From: Reclinomonas americana ATCC 50394
Lineage: Eukaryota
Direction of reading: 5' to 3'
DNA: 48,371 bases
Assembly: GCA_048213135.1 (NCBI GenBank)
Contig: PS015315.1
Coordinates: forward strand, 1-48,371
Notes under the pieces: model-generated
Databases searched by the model: none
The model's input: only the letters and a program-made list of their open reading frames with translations
What the model was told of the DNA's origin: nothing
Made by a program: the position numbers and the translations under genes
Shown here: piece by piece, positions 45,101-48,371 of the stretch
How positions within the stretch are numbered: the stretch's first letter is position 1
How the letters are laid out: every line of letters starts with the position of its first letter

Positions 45101-46829
45101 GCCCCACGGATCGGTGGTCTGCGTCCAGTCCGGCAGCGGCAAGTACACGAGAACATTGGCGGGGGCGGCTGAGCGTTGCGACAGTGGCGCGCGGACCTCC
45201 TTCGACGCCATTCCGAATGGCGGCGGTCGCTTATTGAACGACTTGGAGTCAAACGGCGCCGTCAGCGTGGCCAGATTGTCGGGGCCAATCGTGTCGCCCG
45301 ACTCGGTGCGCCGGGTCGATTTCTCAAACGCCAGCGGCGCTCCGATGCCAAAGGGTGGGCGATATTGATTCTGCGAAGAGAGTGAGCGAAGGGGGGAAGG
45401 GAGATCTAGAGAGTGGGGTTGGTGCTTCCGCAATGTCACCTGTGGCGGGTCGGGTTTGCGCACGCGGACGTGCTTGAGCTTGGATTGGCGGGCCTCCTCG
45501 GAANNNNNNNNNNNNNNNNNNNNNNNNNNNNNNNNNNNNNNNNNNNNNNNNNNNNNNNNNNNNNNNNNNNNNNNNNNNNNNNNNNNNNNNNNNNNNNNNN
45601 NNNNNNNNNNNNNNNNNNNNNNNNNNNNNNNNNNNNNNNNNNNNNNNNNNNNNNNNNNNNNNNNNNNNNNNNNNNNNNNNNNNNNNNNNNNNNNNNNNNN
45701 NNNNNNNNNNNNNNNNNNNNNNNNNNNNNNGATTGGTGACAAGGATGATTTTTTTTATTGTGCGCACTCACGTTGGAGCACACAGAAATCGCTCTCGCGC
45801 ATCGGTTTTGGCAGCAGCCTGCACAACAATCACAATATTCCCACGGATAGACCGCCATGCAGTCGCATCTCGTATGTGGAGGTGAGAGGGACGAGGGCGG
45901 TGGCATGTGTGTGAAGAAGGACGCTAAACAGCAATGGGATGGGCACACGCAGATTTTCAAGGAGCCGACGCTGAAGGAGACCATTATGGTGCGCTCCTCG
46001 CTCTACCGCTGCTCGAATGTCCTCAATCTTCGTGCTCACGCGCACACACACAATAGTGGCCGGCTCCGACCATCGCCTTTGGCAGCACCACCCCACGCCT
46101 GGCCGACGCCACATTACCCGTGTACACCCCGCGAATCGGCTACGACATCAAGGAACCGAGCAAGCCCACGGTTCGTCCATTCGTCCTCTCGTGCAGACGC
46201 TCCCGTCCTGCCTGCTCACCATCTCCCCACAGTCGGTCAAGAGACCACCCTTCAACTCGACCGCGCACAATGGTCGCGGTCAAGTCAAGGAGAGTCAGCG
46301 AACGTTCCGGTTGTCGCGGTGGCGCAAGGTTGGTAGAAGGAGAAGGAGAAGGAGAAGGCGGAGGAGGGAAAGAGGGGAAGAAGAAGGGGAAGGGGAAGGG
46401 AAAGGGGAAGTGGGAGGAGAAGAGAAAAGAAAGGAGGAGGAAGACGAGATGGATGAAAAGAGTGGAAGGGGGAGAAAATTAAGAAATAATGGAGAGATAA
46501 TGATAAGTGCGAACAAGAGAAGAACGAGAAGACGTAGTGGTTCAAGAACAAGGAGAAGAAGGAGGGAAGGAGAACGAGGAGCAGAAGGACAAGGAGAATC
46601 GGAGGAATAGGAGGGAATAGGTGGTGGACGAGCAGGAGAACGATCAACAAGAAGGATAAGGAGAAAGGAGAAAAGACAAGAAAGGAGGAGAATAAGACAA
46701 GAAAGGAGGAGGAGCGAATGAGAAGGATTAGGAGAAGAAGCATTCCCCTTGCTAATCGCCGCCTCTGCTTGACAGAAACCCGACGATCCACAAGAGCAAC
46801 TAGCATCGGATGATCACATTGTCGACTAA
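42142..46829 (+). CDS. Disordered Pro/Arg-rich protein with repeated (P)FG[ST]..R motifs, STPG/SHIPPO-repeat-like; one part lies on an inverted contig
   Basis: ATG 42142; introns start at 42176, 42722 (to 43971), 44080, 44376 and others; motifs PPPPFGTATVR, RPPFGIG, RPPPFGMAS, IGFGSS, AFGSTTPR, RPPFNST; stop TAA 46827-46829. Family assignment is by motif resemblance only. Confidence 0.65.
42885..43620 (+). repeat. Intronic degenerate tandem repeats (2 x ~168 nt, then 2-3 x ~130 nt)
   Basis: Repeated blocks gatcacacgag...catgaagtg...tgacgctgcctcg..gagtgttttgtcgtcttc and agaagtgcgcacagaaatca.aaggttctcgggaggggagtgagagagga. Confidence 0.85.
44895..45503 (-). other. Inverted contig carrying exons of the PFG-repeat gene
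   Basis: Minus strand encodes RPPFG motifs and ends LQS|GTTGCGT in phase 0, matching the next + strand exon KSLSRIGFGSS; flanked by gaps. Confidence 0.75.
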
Positions 46830-46882
46830 GTGGACTTCGAATCAATGAAATCTCATCACCCTTTAGTTTTTTTGCTGTGATC

Positions 46883-48371
<1,489 letters not shown>

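Overview
Eukaryotic (protist-like, GC-rich, intron-rich) draft scaffold with many N gaps. Standard genetic code; no rRNA, tRNA, CRISPR or transposase seen. Seven spliced or partial genes can be built by hand: (1) a giant secreted or surface protein on the minus strand (20600 to <1, roughly >6,000 aa) with a signal peptide, three H-type-lectin-like domains, about 120 EGF-like repeats and three BNR/Asp-box beta-propeller blocks; (2) a kinesin-8 (+, 23423-30641); (3) a small secreted acidic protein (-, about 30700-32446); (4) a large beta-rich secreted protein of unknown family (+, 32648-40062); (5) an Nsr1/nucleolin-like RRM-RGG protein; (6) a PFG/FGS-repeat protein resembling STPG/SHIPPO ciliary proteins (+, 42142-46829); (7) an F-box protein (+, 46883 to window end). 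The main finding is the 5' splice-site grammar. Among about 60 hand-called donors, every canonical-register donor (GTnnG) follows an exonic G, while all 14 donors with a non-G last exon base read GTT(G/T)(C/A)G, mostly GTTGCGT, which is the consensus shifted by one base. A further group of AG|GTnnnG donors looks like a bulged register. Four short contigs appear inverted in the scaffold. All gene models are manual and unconfirmed by transcripts.
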